DNA of 64,000 nucleotides, from contig OZ231126.1 of assembly GCA_965153355.1 (NCBI GenBank), positions 18,538,001 through 18,602,000 of the forward strand, written 5' to 3'. The notes under the pieces are model-generated. The model worked only from the letters and a program-made list of their open reading frames with translations. It did no database searches and was not told the DNA's origin. The position numbers and the translations under genes are program-made. Positions 40,240 through 54,637 of this stretch are shown in pieces. The stretch is from Flaccisagitta enflata (Eukaryota). The first letter of the stretch is position 1, and each line of letters begins with the position of its first letter.

Positions 40240-42397
40240 AGATAGATAGATTGATATGTAGATAGACAGACATAGATATGTAGATCGATAAAAAAAAACA
40301 GTAAGATAAACGGAAAACACGAAAGGCTGAACAATAAACAGTCACAGCATTAGTAATGCTATTACTTATCATGCGCAATGAGTGTATTGATAGCACAAAC
40401 AGATATCAATCAAACTAACCATCTTCGGTTTTCTCCATGAGATTCTGAATGGACGTTTCTTTCTGTTTCAACGTCTTTTTCATCGTCTCCAAATCCGCCA
40501 AAAAGTCTCTTCGTTCCACTTCCTTCCGCTTTAGTTTCCGCTGGAGATCTTCCGCACGAGCGGAAGCGGAGGCTCTTTCCGCCGCGAAAGCCGCCGATTG
40601 CGCTTCCGCGGAAATACGCAGTTCATTTTCCAGATCTTTCAGTTTTGAGTCGTCGACTTGTTTTAGCGAAGTATCGTCTTCAATTTCTAAAAGATTTAAG
40701 GAAAGTGAAGGCGTGGATGGAATCGGCGTTGGTGAAAATGACATTTTTAAATTGGTTGTTTTCGTTGTTTCCGTTAGTGTTGTTGTTGTTTCCGTTGATT
40801 TTGTGGTTGTTTCCGTTAGTTTTGTTGTTGTTTCCGTTGGTTTTGTTGTAGTTTCCGTTGGTTTTGATGTTGTTTCCGTTGGTTTTGTTGTTGTTTCCGT
40901 TAGTGTTGTTGTTGTTGTTTCCGTTGGTTTTGTTGTTGTTTCCGCTGGTTTTGATGTTGTTTCCGTTGGTTTTGATGTTTCCGTTGGTCTTGTTGTTTCC
41001 GTTGATTTTGTTGTTTTTCTTGGTGTTGATGTTGGTGGAGGTGAGGTCAGTGGTGGCACACTTGCCGAATCACAAAATTTGGAACTGGGTGAGGCTAACG
41101 ACTCCGCGTTTATCTCGCATACGATATCATCGTTTTCTACTTGTTTCTGCTCCGCCTTCTTTCGATTGGCATCAACATTCTGCGTCATCACTTCATCTTT
41201 ACCGCGTCCACTGGTCAAAGCGGCGTTCTCGACATCATTTTTGTTTTCACCATCTAAATCAACATCGTCGTCATCGCAAGATGGCGTTTCTCTTCCTTCG
41301 GCGAGTTCTTCCATCTTCGTCAACGTGGATTTGAGTTGCGCGAAATCGAACCCTTCGATCGGCGACAATTTTCCGGCGATTTCTTCGTCAAAAGTCGCAT
41401 TAAAAGGCGAAGATGAAGACGACTTATTCCGCCGAGAAATCAAAGGTCGTTTTAAAGGCATGTCCGACTTAGAAGGAACAACGCCGCTATCGGCAATCGG
41501 ATCGAAGGAAGTATCGGCGTCGAAAGAACATCCGGGAATTACTTCATCGAGACGATATCGCCGTTGTTGTTGTTCATTTCCCTGCTGCTGCTGCGTTTGC
41601 GGTTTTGACTCCTCGGAATGGCAAATAGATCCGGCGAATGACTCTTCAGCAGGATTATTTAATATATCAATATTGTCAGTTTCGTCGCTTGTTTCCTCGT
41701 TGTTTTTCACTTCTTCGGGATCGCTTCTAAATCTCCCTCTAAAAAGGTTGAAGAATCTTTGTTTTAAATTTGCAATTTCCGACTTTTCTGGCGAGGAAGG
41801 AGGTGAAGACGATGACGAGGAAGGAGAATTGACATCAGCGGCGTTTTCAAAAAGAGATTCTCGTCGAAATTCTTCTTCTGACTTTTCCGCCTTCGCCTCT
41901 TTCGAACTCTCACCCACGCCTGCAACGCCAAAATCGTCGTCGGTTTCGTCATCGTCTTTGACTTTATCGTCGTCGTCATCGTCATCGTCAGCCCTGCCAG
42001 ATTGCACAGTGAAAGACGACGATGACGACGCTGATGGTCGCTGGTGCTGCTGCTGCTGCTGCTGGGGAGGCGGAGGGGCTAATTTTTTGTTTGCCAACTG
42101 GGAAGAAGGATGAGTTGTACCATCGAGCTGGTTGGTAGTGTCCGGGGTGATTTCTTTCGAGTGATAGTCGAGTTTACTTTCCGAAGTTGTGAGAGATTTT
42201 AAATGTGTTGTATCAGCTGCTGTGGGAGTGTTTTCGATAGAGAAGTCAGCGGGGGTTTCGGCTGTGTTGGATGAGGAGGAAGCGTCGAGAGAAGAGGAAG
42301 TAGCATCTAGTGAATCCAAGGAAGCGTAGAGGGATGATCCGTCGTGCTCTAATGGGTGAAAGATGGTGCTGATGTTTTAAAATTAGTTTGTGAAGGA

Positions 42398-42492
<95 letters not shown>

Positions 42493-42597
42493 GTGTGAAC
42501 AACAGAAATTACTAAGACACAGAGCCAAAGTCGTTAGTGAAGTATGATAAAAGAAAAGAAAAAAGGTGAAAAATAAAAGAAAGAAAGCGAGAAAGAG

Positions 42598-42656
<59 letters not shown>

Positions 42657-42665
42657 GAGAAAGAG

Positions 42666-42700
<35 letters not shown>

Positions 42701-44160
42701 GAGAAAGAGAGAAAAGAGAAGGAGAAAGAAAATTAAAAGAAAGAAGGGAAACAAAGGAGAAAGAAAAAGAAAAAGAAGAAAAAGAGAAAAGAGAGGAAAA
42801 AAAGAGAAAAAGAAAAAGAAAAAGAAAGAAAAAAAAGAAACAAAGAAGAAAAGAAAAAGAAAGAAAAAAAGAAAGAAAAAAAGAAAAAGAAAAAGAAAAA
42901 GAAAAAGAAAAAGAAAGAAAAAAAAAAGGAAATAGCAGCCCAAAGGCGTAAGTGGTCATGGCACCCGTGCCCTGTTGAGTAGTGTGTGATTTAAGTGAGG
43001 AGAGACAGCTGGAGTTCAGGAACACAGGGGGAATCTGTCTGCTCTCAGTGCTCTGTTCTCCCCCTTTCCTCTCTCTCCTCACCTTGGGGCCTATTCTGAC
43101 CCAAATTCTGCCAAATAGCCCAAATCCAAGCGATATAGCCCAAATCTAAGCAAAATGGCCCAAATCCAAGCATAATGGCTCAAATCCAAGCAAAATGGCC
43201 CAAATATGGTCAGAATCTAGGAATCGGAGGCCACAATATAGGTCCAAGGGACCAAAATGATGTACCTCGGGCCAGAATCGGGGTTTTCTGGCCAGATTTG
43301 GGCCATTTTGCTTGGATTTGGGCCATTATGCTTGGATTTGGGCCATTTCGCTTAGATTTGGGCTATATTGCTTGGATTTGGGGTATTTGGCAGAATTTTG
43401 GGTCAGAATAGGCCCCATAGGTGACGAAGCCCTGAGGATGGGGCAGGGGGGGACGGACATACATACGTACGGACGGATGGATTCCCCCTGTGTTCCACAG
43501 AACTTCGTCCCCTTCGGGGCCGCTGCCCAAAAAGGAAAAAAGAAAAAAGAAAAAAGAAGAAAAAAGAAAAAAGAAGAAAAAAGAAGAAAAAAAAAAAGAA
43601 AAAAAAATGAGAAATGAAGAAATGAAGAAAAGAAGAAAAGATGAAAAGAAAAAAAGAAAAAAAAGAAAAAAAAAAAAAGAAAAAGAAAGAAAAAGAAAAA
43701 GGAAAAAGGAAAAAGAAAAAAAAGAAGAGAAAGAAGAAAAGAAGAAAAGAAGAAAAAAAAGAAAAGAAGAAAAGAAGAAAAAGAAAAAAAAAAAAAAAAA
43801 GAAAAAGAGAAACAGAGAAAAAGAAAAAAAAGAAAAAGAAAAAGATAAAAAGAAAAAAAAAAAAAAAAAAAAGAAAAAAAGAAAAAAAAAAAAGAAAAAT
43901 AAGAAATGAAGAAATGAAGAAATGAAGAAAAGAAGAAAAGAAGAAAAGAAGAAAAAGAAAAAAAGAAAAAAAAGAAAGAAAAAAAAAAGAAAAAAAAGAA
44001 AAAGAAAAAAGAAAGAAAAAGAAAAAGAAAAAGAAAAAGAAAAAAAGAAAAAGAAGAAAAGAAGAAAAGAAGAAAAGAAAAAAAAAAGAAAAAAAGAAAC
44101 AGAAAAAGAAAAAGAAAAAAAGAAAAAGAAAAAAAGAAAAAAAGAAAAAAAGAAAAAGAA

Positions 44161-44191
<31 letters not shown>

Positions 44192-44467
44192 AAAGAAAAA
44201 GAAAAAAAGAAAAGAAAAAGAAAAAAAAAAAAAAAAGAAAAAGGAAAAAGGAAAGGAAAGAAGGAAAAAGAAGGAAAAAGAAGGAAAAAGAAGAAAAAGA
44301 AGAAAAGAAGAAAAGAAAGAAAAAAAGAAAAAAAAGAAAAAGAAAAAAAAAAGAAAAAGAAAAAGAAGAAAAAGAAGAAAATGAAGAAAAAGAAGAAAAA
44401 AAAGAAAAAAAAGAAAAAAAAGAAAAAAAAGAAAAAAAAGAAAAAAAAGAAAAAAAAGAAAAAAAAA

Positions 44468-44529
<62 letters not shown>

Positions 44530-45130
44530 AAAAAAGTAAAAAAGAAAAAGGAAAAAAGAAAAAAAAAGTAGGAAATAAGAAAAAAAGAAAAAAAGAAAAA
44601 AAGAAAAAAAGAAAAAAAGAAGAAAAGAAGGAAAGAAGAAAAGAGAAAAAGAAATAAATTAAAAGAGGAAATAATGGAAAAAAGGGAAAGCACTAAAAGG
44701 AAGAACGAAAAACAAGAGAGAAAGCACCAAAAGAATTTATAAGGGAAACAAGTTCGCTGCTAGACAATAGAATTGCTCAATCGGAGGACTGACGGACGAA
44801 CCAGAGCGATCAAGTCAATTAATGTGATCGCACTACTCTTGTTTGTTTTTCAATTTTGTAACCGGTAATTGGTAGCCGCCATTGTAGTACACATCATTGT
44901 GTGAAAACGAATCCATCAAATACATGGACACGTCTCGAAAAAATTGGATAATGAAGTAATGGAGTTACGTGGACGCGACCATTTTAAACGAGGAGATTCA
45001 AACGTGCGAAAAGGTATCAGTCACCTGATGGGGCCTCCTGTGCTTCTTCCGGACCGTTGGTTGTTGAAGGAGACAGAATTTCCACCGCGGATTTCCAAAT
45101 GGATCGACTCCAACCGAGGAACCCGGCCAT
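38563..45130 (-). CDS. TACC: Transforming acidic coiled-coil (TACC) domain protein, about 893 aa
   Basis: Exons 45025..45130 (MAGFLGWSRSIWKSAVEILSP), 40420..42348 (acidic/Ser/Thr-rich, start of coiled coil), 39924..40141 (ERDAALRDFDEIENSFSEIHLRYEKSKELVDGFRRNESVLQKC), 39372..39479 (LLKTHAEKKLALAQEEI), 38563..38883 (LEEKRAEGAELHAICEELISKL...*); phases 1,1,0,0 are consistent, 2682 nt; the C-terminal motifs match the TACC domain. Confidence 0.88.
42394..44690. repeat. Low-complexity A/G-rich tracts in TACC intron 1 flanking a minus-strand element (about 42940..43533) of the GGGCAGCGGCCCC family
   Basis: (GA)n, (GAAA)n and a roughly 1.1-kb irregular A-rich tract are directly visible. Confidence 0.9.
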
Positions 45131-45262
45131 TGCTTATAGCTTTTGCAATTGCAATCGCAAAAAAACAGCCAAAAATGGCAAACGGCGATTTCTGTTCCAG
45201 TTGTAAAGACGAATTCTTTTTTTTCCGTCGTGGTTGCTGTAAGAGAACGGAGAAAATAATTA

Positions 45263-45366
<104 letters not shown>

Positions 45367-45547
45367 TTTCTTACTCCCTAGCCGCACTGGAGAGTTGATA
45401 AGGAATGATGAGAACAAAGATATTTGTGAAAGCCCAAAAACTTATCGGTATGACGCAATTTCGTGCGCCTGAGGACGAAACTTTCGGTGATTGCTAATAC
45501 GGACCATTGCCATAGACCGACCATTGCCACGGACCGACCAGCCAACG

Positions 45548-45557
45548 ACCGGAAGTG
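45548..45557. promoter_or_regulatory. ETS/GABP-type motif ACCGGAAGTG upstream of TACC
   Basis: Exact consensus about 420 bp upstream of the TACC ATG; motif match only. Confidence 0.3.
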
Positions 45558-48500
45558 TGATTGACCGATAGATGAAGACCCATTCTCAAGGCAAGAAAAA
45601 AAGCTTTAAAGTTTTATCAATTTGAACATTTTAAGTATCCCAGAGATGGATCGAAAGGATGGGGTCCAGAATGTCGATGGAATATCACAGGCGATTTGAG
45701 GATTGATATCTTAAGGTTTCTGACCCGTAGAATCTGTTTCTGAGGTCAAAAATGGCGAAATCTGGCGGGATCCCTTACCGCCCCTGGCCCTGATCGAGCA
45801 TATGGGCCCTGGAATGAGCATTTTTGTCATATTTTTCATCTTTGGAGCTTATACATGTATAGGCAAACTACACCATTTTTGGAGGTAAACCTACTAACAT
45901 GAAGCTCTAGAATTCAATAGTGATAGCCAGAAGGAACTTTTACAACTATTTTTTATGCAACCGGCCCTGAATGAGTATTATTGGCCCTAAATGAGCATAT
46001 TTTGCTTAATTTTAGCCGATTTTCAATTTTCTGCCATCTAAACAAACAAAAACACAAACTGTTTTCATCTTTCAGGTGAAAAATAAGTGATTTCGTTTGA
46101 CCTGTCTTGCAGTGTCTGTCTGTTTGTCTCTGTCCATCTAAGTCTATCTTAGTAGTGCTACACGACTCTACACCCCGCTTTGTTGGTCCATTGGTCCATC
46201 CATCCATAGGTCCATTGGCCGGTCCATCCATCCATCATACTTTACTTTTTTTGTTTTTTTGCGGTTCTTGACCTCACTGCTCCTGCCCAAATGATTAAGT
46301 GACCGCAAAAACAGCCCCTGCCCACCCACACGCGACTGAGGTAGCTGTGTATCTGGTCTTGTTCCCACTCCGTGCGAGTGTATTTTGCCAGTCGTTATTT
46401 CTTTCGAGTATAGGTCAGAGGAAAATACAAGCATAGAATCAGAATCGTACATGGACATATTGATTGGTAAAAGAACAGAGTGACAGTAAACACCGTCAGT
46501 GACAGATAAACCAACATAAAGGGTGACAGAAAAAGAAAGTCAGAGAGCCAGATTGACTTTCGATTTTTTGCGCGGTTTACGCGCGCCTCTCTATTTTGTT
46601 TTGTGACAAACGGACAATTGCAGACAGATAAGATGGATACACATGCAGGCATACAGAATGGAACAGCAGAAACCACTTTTGTTGCAAACATGAACACGCA
46701 ACTCTAAGTGGCTTTGGTCGTCCATTGGTCCATGATCTGTCTTTCCATGAAACAAGGCCAACATCTATAAGTCGCGTGCGAGACTTACAGATTGACTAAG
46801 AATGACTTAGAATGACTCAGTATACTCTTAAATGACTTAAAGAAATAAAATTGATAAAAAAAGTAAAATTGTGATGGACCGACAGACCAACCAACCGACC
46901 GACAGACGGACGGACAAAGCGGGGTGTAGAGTCGTGTGCACGCGACTAAAAAAGTAAAAAAAAATAGGAAAACTAGTATTTTACACACTGTTTGCGTATG
47001 TGAGTGGGGTTGGGGGTGTGGGGTTGGAGTTGTGGGATGGGGATAGGGGATGGACCTCCCTGCCCACCCGGTGACAACAATGTTGTGGGCTTCCCTCCCC
47101 CTCTCCCCTGAGAATCCTTTCTCCTCGCTGAGGTTCTCTCGAATTTTAAGCTCGGGTTTAAAAAAAAATGGGACAAGATATGTTTGTCAGTGCTTTACAT
47201 CCACGCAATTAAGAAAACATGGCAAATTCCATGACCATTTGCACGGAAAGCTCTGTGAAAGATCTTCAAAATGGGACCTTGCTGGCTGTCCTAACTTTAA
47301 TCGTTTAGAAGTGACAATAGGATAAAGAAGGTGTGGTCTAGAATGTCAAAATTGATTGCAACGGGAATAAAAGATCTGACCACTTTTTTGTTTTTTAAAA
47401 AAATTAGAAGGAATAAATAGTTTTCACTGTTTTTTTACGAGATTTCAGAATTTCTTTTCATTCTAAACCAACCCCAGGCCTGTAGCTCAAACAAGTTTCA
47501 GAGTGAGAGCTTTTCTAAGTGAACTACTATTTTACTGAAATGTTATTTTTTTAATGAAATTACAAAACTGAACATGTTGTTCATTCATTTGTCATCTCTA
47601 AACAAAAAAAAACTAGAATATCCAGCATCGTTGCATTAGAAAGATATTTTGCAGAGCTTTCAAACGATTAAGGATCTTCTATGTTTTAAGAACCAAGTTA
47701 AGCGAAAATTTTTTTTAAAAATCAAATGAGGGGGGAAGGAAATCAAACACCAGGGGGGGGAGAGAAAAACCTAAAGCCGCTCGACACCCCTGAAAAAGCG
47801 GTAAAGTTTGAAAGCCGAACCAATCGATGGATCAACGGAATGACGGACAGATGGATGGGTGGCAGGACGGACGGAAAAAGCAGATTGTAGAGTCGCGTGT
47901 ACACGACTAAAAACATCACTGTCATGATAGTCATAGAAACGGCTGGCATACATGCTCAAAGTTTTGTCATGTTGCTAAAATAAAATGTTGAGACAATAAT
48001 GTTGCCCACTCATTGGCAGATCGTTGGCACCACCACTACGGGGAGAAGCTGTTTTGCTAAATTCTGCTCAGAAATACCGAAATAGCCTGAGAAACAAAGT
48101 GTTACAGAGGGACAGACTTATGTACATACCCGCTAGGTTTTTTTTCACTCTTTTATCGATCAGTTTGTTGGTTACTATTATGCCAAGTATAACCACTGTT
48201 CATGTTTGGAAATATGTTTGTAAGAGAAGGTTACCTCTGGCCAGATATAGTTGTGTGCGAATGAGCAGGGGCAGTGATAGATAAGGTCACTAGGGTATTT
48301 TGGGAGGAGCAGTGAGCCAAAAATCGCGATATGATGGCCGTGTATCCGGCCTTGTTCCTCTCCCTCTCCCTCTCCCTCTCTCTCTCTTTCCATCCGTCTG
48401 TCAGTCGGTCAATAGGTCCCCTTTTACTTTTTTAGCGTTTATGAGCTTTTGAGCTCACCGCTCCTGCTCAAATGCCCTGGTGACATTCTCCCGCACGCGA

Positions 48501-49670
48501 CTGGGGTAGCCATATATCCGTATACCCTTTCAACACAAAACACTATTGAAGAAGGCCAAATACACGGCCAAAACAGGTCGCAGACGGGTGGACAGGGGCG
48601 AGAATGCGCGTTTTCAACTTGAGCGTGACAACTCAACCAACGGATCGACAAAGCCTCTTATAATTGCTTGTTCGCGACCAAAAACAAGCACAAAACAGGG
48701 CAAAAGTTGCAGACGGTTGGGCAGGGGCGATAACCTGGTATAGGCTACACCACAAAAAAAGTCAAAAAGAGAATACAATATTTTCAAAATGTTATGGATG
48801 GATGGATGGACAAACACACAGAGACGGACTAACATACATGTGCAGAAAGGTTTAGAGACAAAATAGGTGAGAGCCCGACAGCCATATAAAGAGCTCGCAG
48901 GCTTGCTCCAAAAAAATGACCTACGCTTGGGCTCATGAAGATTCATGGAGAATCAGTAATTTTGGGTTTTTTTAAAAAGGCTTTTGAAATACAATTTTTG
49001 CCATAAGATCTGAAATTTGGATATCCGGGCTGGGATTAAGCCGTCTAGGCTGCTTTGCCTCTTACATATAACTTGTTGAGGTATTCGAAGCAATTTTTAG
49101 CATTACTGCTCCTGCCCAACAATTGAAACAGCCCTTTGAATAAAGGCCCCTGCCACCTACATGGAATTCAAAGGAAAATGAGCAAAGCAGCCTCATTTTT
49201 GCCAAAAAAACATTTCTATGAGTATGATATTATGCTTATATCATGCCAGAAAGATGAAACCTGGAAATGTTCGGGGCCCTAATGCTCATTCAGAGCCAGT
49301 TTTACATCAAAGTAATGATCACAGACCCCTCAGACCATCTCTATTGAATTCTACAGCCTTAGATTAGTCGGATTTCATTCAAAAATAACTTAAATACCCC
49401 TAAAATCAGTTGAAGTCGCAAAAAAAATGGCCAAAATGCTCATTACGGGGCCCATATGCTCGATCAGGGCCAATGGCGGTAAGGGATCCCGCCAGATTTC
49501 GCCATTTTTGACCCCAGAAATGGATTCTACGGGTCGAAAACCTTACCATATCAATCCTCAAATCCACTGACTTATCAACTTGGGTTTCTGTAGCTTTTTT
49601 GGACCCCATGTCAAGTACTTAAAAGACATGAAAGGGGGTTTCCTTCACTGAAATCCACTGGGTCTGTTAC

Positions 49671-50233
49671 TAAGGCCTTGCGTTTGGCGTTTTTTACCGC
49701 GGTTTTGGTTCGGGTTCGGAATACCTCAAAACCTTTCCTCGGGTTTATGACGGGTTTATATCGGTTTTTTTGATATAGTAACAAAAAAGTATCTGGTTAT
49801 TTGCCAGAGAGAAAACCAAAAAATAAAAAGAGAATGAAAAATGCAGGAAAGAAAAAAAAGAAAAAAAAAAAAGGAAAAAAAAAGAAAATTGAGAAAAAAA
49901 AAAAGAAAGAAAGAAACATGTTCACAAACACACATAGATACAGAAACGGACATACAGAAACAGCATTGAGACAGCAAAAAATCTGAAAAAAAGGTGAGCA
50001 AAAGGGGACAAAAGATAAGTTTGAACAGCATAATGAGAAAAAAAACAAGAAGATAAATGGGGCTAAGAAAAAAAACAAGGCCGGATATACGGCCATACCA
50101 GTTGCAGACGGGTGGGCAGGGGCGGAAATGCGCGTTTTCACACTTTTCGACTCTTGCTCACCAACGGACCGACCAACCAACCGACGGACGGATGGACGGA
50201 CAAAGGCTCATATAGAGTTGCGTGTCCGCAACT

Positions 50234-50292
<59 letters not shown>

Positions 50293-50499
50293 AGAGAGAG
50301 AATATCACACACACACACACACACAAATCACCAAAAAGGTGAAAAAAAAAAAAATGATTTGATGAGTGAAAGATTAAATAAATAATATGGAAGAAAAATA
50401 TTGTAAAGAAAAAAGTCGGGTCTGAAGGCAAAACCGAATTTCGGGTTTGGCCTCAAAACCGAGCCTCGGCCTTCTCACGGACAAACCCGCAAGGCCTTA
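49671..50499. mobile_element. hAT-like element containing a nested HINE (about 50074..50233)
   Basis: 8-bp TSD TCTGTTAC on both sides; TIR TAAGGCCTTGCG / CGCAAGGCCTTA; subterminal CGGGTT/AAACCG motifs. Confidence 0.8.
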
Positions 50500-50704
50500 T
50501 CTGTTACCCGATCAAATGAACTTTCAAGTTCTAATGGATAATTTCATTTAATTTTTGGAGGATGAATAATTTTAAGTCGTCCATGATTCATGAAATGTAT
50601 TTACGAGCTTTGGGTTCTGATCTGAGTTGGAGATTAATCGATTCATAGTTTTCTCTCGGCTTCGCTTGTTTATGTTTTTCCTTTGTTTCGCAAAGTTACG
50701 TATT

Positions 50705-50771
<67 letters not shown>

Positions 50772-51868
50772 CAGACAGACAGACAGACACACCCTGCATT
50801 CTTTCATGCCAATGGAGAGAGAGAAAGAAGGAAATCAAAACAAGCCCGGATACACGGCCATCAAGCGTAGTAGTCGCTTGCGGGTGGGCAGGGGCAGTTA
50901 TGCGGGTGGGGAGGGACTTAAATGATCAAAAATTACTCTTTCGGCAAAATTTGCGTTATCCAAAATTTTGCATTATAGACGGACGGACCTTCCGGTGCTT
51001 TCCGACGGACCGACCCTCTTTTAGACTCGCTTAGCAAGCGCAAGCAGCAAGCGGCAAGCGCAAGCGGCTATAAAGAAGGTATACAACAATCCGAATAAAT
51101 GGAAACCAACACGGTATAAGGATAAATATACGTTACGTATGGGATAGACACAAACAGTGCAAATGAATTGAGACGAAAATTAAAATCGAGAAAGAGAGAT
51201 AAACATTAATGACGATCGCATGGATGGTAAAGATCGGACTTTGAAAATAAAATGACTGGAAGAAAACAGGGTACCAGAAGTAGGGGGTCTTGAAGTGACT
51301 TAAATTTTCATAGAAGATTGAAAAGTCCATATATGACCAGTCCCTGATTGTGATTGACATCCCTACTAAGAAATTATCATGCTATAAAACTTGATAAAGC
51401 ACAAATGTCCAAATCCCAGCTCTATATCTGCCGGGATCCACGCTACAACTAAAAACATTGAATTTGGGGAGGTTTGGGCAAAGCTTGCAGTGGTTGTGAG
51501 GAGAAATTTATCATCAAAGAGAGATTTTCAACCTTAACCTGTAAGGGAAGTGTCAAATTGGGGAGAAAAAAAACTGGAACACTTGACATCTAGCCACAGA
51601 GGCTTCAAAACAATTGACTTTTAACCAGTGGATGTGACGCCTTTCTCTCAGAGGGCGCGTTTTTCAATCATGACCTTGGTCTATGAACAAATGAACAGGA
51701 TTTGGACATTTCAGCAATTAGCCCTTCAAAATGAGTGCTGATGAAGTCAGGAAAGTTAGATTATCAAACAAACTTTGTCCAATTGATGGTTTAATGACCC
51801 CTTTTCCAACCATGACCCCCTACCAGAAGCGTGAGAAAACGGCTGCTGCTTAAAAAATCAGATTCACC

Positions 51869-52184
51869 CAGGCCTGTATATACTTGCATATTCCCCCCCC
51901 CCCCGGCAGGGGGGGAATAAAATCAAAGGATTTGGAAATGGGGAAGAAAATCAAAGGGTAGAAAAACCAAAAACAAAAAAATATAGAAGATAATACACTT
52001 ATGGCAGTACTAAAATGTAATATTAAGTCACCACAACACTATTTAATACTATTTAAACCAAAATATTACTATATAGGGAGTATATAGGGAAGAAAAACAA
52101 ATGTATTTCGACCCCGCGGGGAAGAAAATCAAAGAACCAGGGGGGGGAAAGAAATCAAAGGTCGTGCAACTATATACACCCCTG
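51869..52184. mobile_element. hAT-like MITE (same family as 26054..26377)
   Basis: 8-bp TSD GATTCACC on both sides; termini CAGGCCTGTATATA...TATATACACCCCTG. Confidence 0.82.
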
Positions 52185-53569
52185 GATTCACCTTCTACCA
52201 GTTGGTTCGTGTCGAAATGATTCAATACAGATATTCTTTTCATGCGTTTTGCTTTTTTATTTTTCTTTCTTTTTCATTTTTGTCTTGTCTAATTTATCCG
52301 GTTTTTCGATCGCTCTATATTCCGACGAGCAGGATTTGCCAAGACTGAAAAGTGAAGAGGAGAGTTTCTTTCTCCAACGCAACCTTTACATAATACTGTT
52401 ATAATTCTTTATATTTTTTCTCCCCCTTATCATATGCGCCGTTCTTAGCTGATTGTTACAACATATACAAAGCTATCTTTTATGAATGATGAATCAATCT
52501 GTGACATATATATCCAGTACATTGTATGTACCTAGTATATCGTTACTACACAATCAATCATTGAGGATTATTACCAAATTGTCAGTTATCCTAAGAATTG
52601 AAGCAGTGGTGGAATGCCCCTCTTATCAATAGAATCAAAATGTGGGCATACGAAGTGATTGAAAAATAAGAGAGAAAAGGAAAATGCTTATCAAAAGAGC
52701 TTGAGCAGACAGCTTGATAGAACAACCAGTTTGGGAATGAAAAATTATCTGATGAAATGATAATGAGAAATGAAAGAATGGAATGAAAAGGGAATTAAAT
52801 AGAATAAAATAAAACATGAAATAGAGCTCCACCGGCCCATTTGTAAAGAAACACTCTATAGTCTATAGTCTCTGCTCGTTCATTGCGCACTTTTGTGAAC
52901 TTCTTTCACTCGCGCTTAATCCAATTGTTTTCCATAAAACAAATTTTGAGTAAGACATTTAAAAACGTACAAAAAGTTATTGGTCTTTTTATACTCTTTT
53001 CAAGGTCAGCATTTATCTTTTTTTTTTACTTTAATTTTAGTCATGAGAACGCGGTTCTCAAATTCACTAAGTCTGTCCGTCTGTTGGTGACACTTAGCTT
53101 TCTTAGGTCTTCGTGAGGAGCTTTTTGAATCACACCCTCTGAAAAAACTACTCTTATGCGATTTTAGGGCATAAAAAGATCGAGATATCTTCGCATCTTT
53201 AATTTTAAACAAACATAGCCAGTAGTGGTTTGGCAGTAGGGTGGTCCTGAAAAAGGGTCAAATTTCAAAAAATGATATACTCTAGTTTTTCCCATAAATG
53301 TACCAAATAAGAAGGTTCCCCACAAGCAGAGGTCTGAACTTGATGATTAAATCATGTCGGCAATACTATGTATGTCATTTATTCGTTAACAAATTAATGT
53401 AACAGCGCAGACAACATTTCATACAAAGAGTAGAAAAAGCGTGAAAGAGAAAAAAAAATCCACTATAGGCTTCCTATAGCAATAAAAAAATCCCCATAGT
53501 AACCCTACGGATTTGCCGACAAGGTTTTTTGTTTGATTTGATACCCCAACTCGTGATTCATCCTTTTTT

Positions 53570-54100
53570 GGGCAGCGGCCCCAAAGGGCCGATGTCCTGT
53601 AGGACACAGGGGGGAATTTCCAGACGTCCGTCCGTCCGTCCGTCCTTCCGTCCGTCCCCCCCCAATTGGCCATCGAGGCCTCATATCCTCACTCTCAGGC
53701 CTGATTTAGGCCCTCTAAGCCCTCAAATTAGCCCTCCAGGCCTCAAATCAGCTCTCCAGGCATCAAATCAGCTCTCTCAAATCCGCTCTCGAGACCTCAA
53801 GTCAGCATTCCAGGCCCCAAATCAGCCCTCCAGGCCTCAAATCTGCCCCCAAGGCTTAAGGCCTGCCCCCATACCTCAAATCTAATCTTCAGGCATAAAT
53901 CTTCCCCCAGACCTCAAACCCCGCCTCAATTACCTCTTAGGCCTGCTACATTCCTTATCAGGACGTCTGGAAATTCCCCCCTGTGTCCTACAGGACATCG
54001 GCCTTTTAGGGCCGCTGCCCTGCTCTCCACTACTTCACTTCATCACCCCAAGCAGGGCATCGGGTACCGCTGACCATGTGCAATCCTTGGATGACTAGTT
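53570..54100 (+). mobile_element. Second HINE-like family with an about 50-bp subterminal inverted repeat and internal about 21-bp repeats (related copies near 7779..8390, 42940..43533, 58110..58820)
   Basis: T-run|GGGCAGCGGCCCCAAAGGGCCGATGTCCTGTAGGACACAGGGGGAATT...(GTCC)n...AATTCCCCCCTGTGTCCTACAGGACATCGGCC...GGCCGCTGCCC followed by a short tail AAGCAGGGCATCGGGTACCGCTGACC. Confidence 0.65.
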
Positions 54101-54637
54101 ATCAGATATTTGTGGAAAGGACCCAAGTATATCAATATATAAGATTTGACCCAATTCGTGACAGGAGTAGTAACGCTCAGAATTCCAATTCTTTGTCAAC
54201 CTCAGAATTCCAATTCTATGTCAACTTGAAAGTCGCGTTGCAGTCTTGCGGACCTACTTATCAACCTACAGACGGATGGACGGACGGACATGTCTTCTTA
54301 TAAGTTTTGGCTTGTTGTTGAATGCGTCATATAAGCTCTTTAACTTTAAAAACCATTTTTATGTGTAAATGTATATGTAGATGTAAATGTGTTTTCCTAC
54401 TACGTGCGAATGACGCAGCCAGTCAAATTGGCCTTGTTGAAGACCATCCTCGATGTCCTAACATTTCTCCTACTTCTCCTACATTTCTCTTACTTGGATC
54501 CAAGATCTTTTCATAGATCCCTAATGGAAGGATTCATGGTCTGAACAACAGTAATGGTTTTGTCAAATGGCTGTTTTAAAAATTAAATCCATTAAGATTG
54601 CAATTTTAAGTCGCGTGCACGCGACTCTACACCCCGC

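Noticed and set aside
40449-42113. 554-aa plus-strand ORF
   Set aside because: Antisense shadow of the large TACC exon; the minus frame splices into a recognisable TACC domain.
51738-51770. CTGATGA...GAAA hammerhead-like motif
   Set aside because: Flanking stems I-III cannot be formed.
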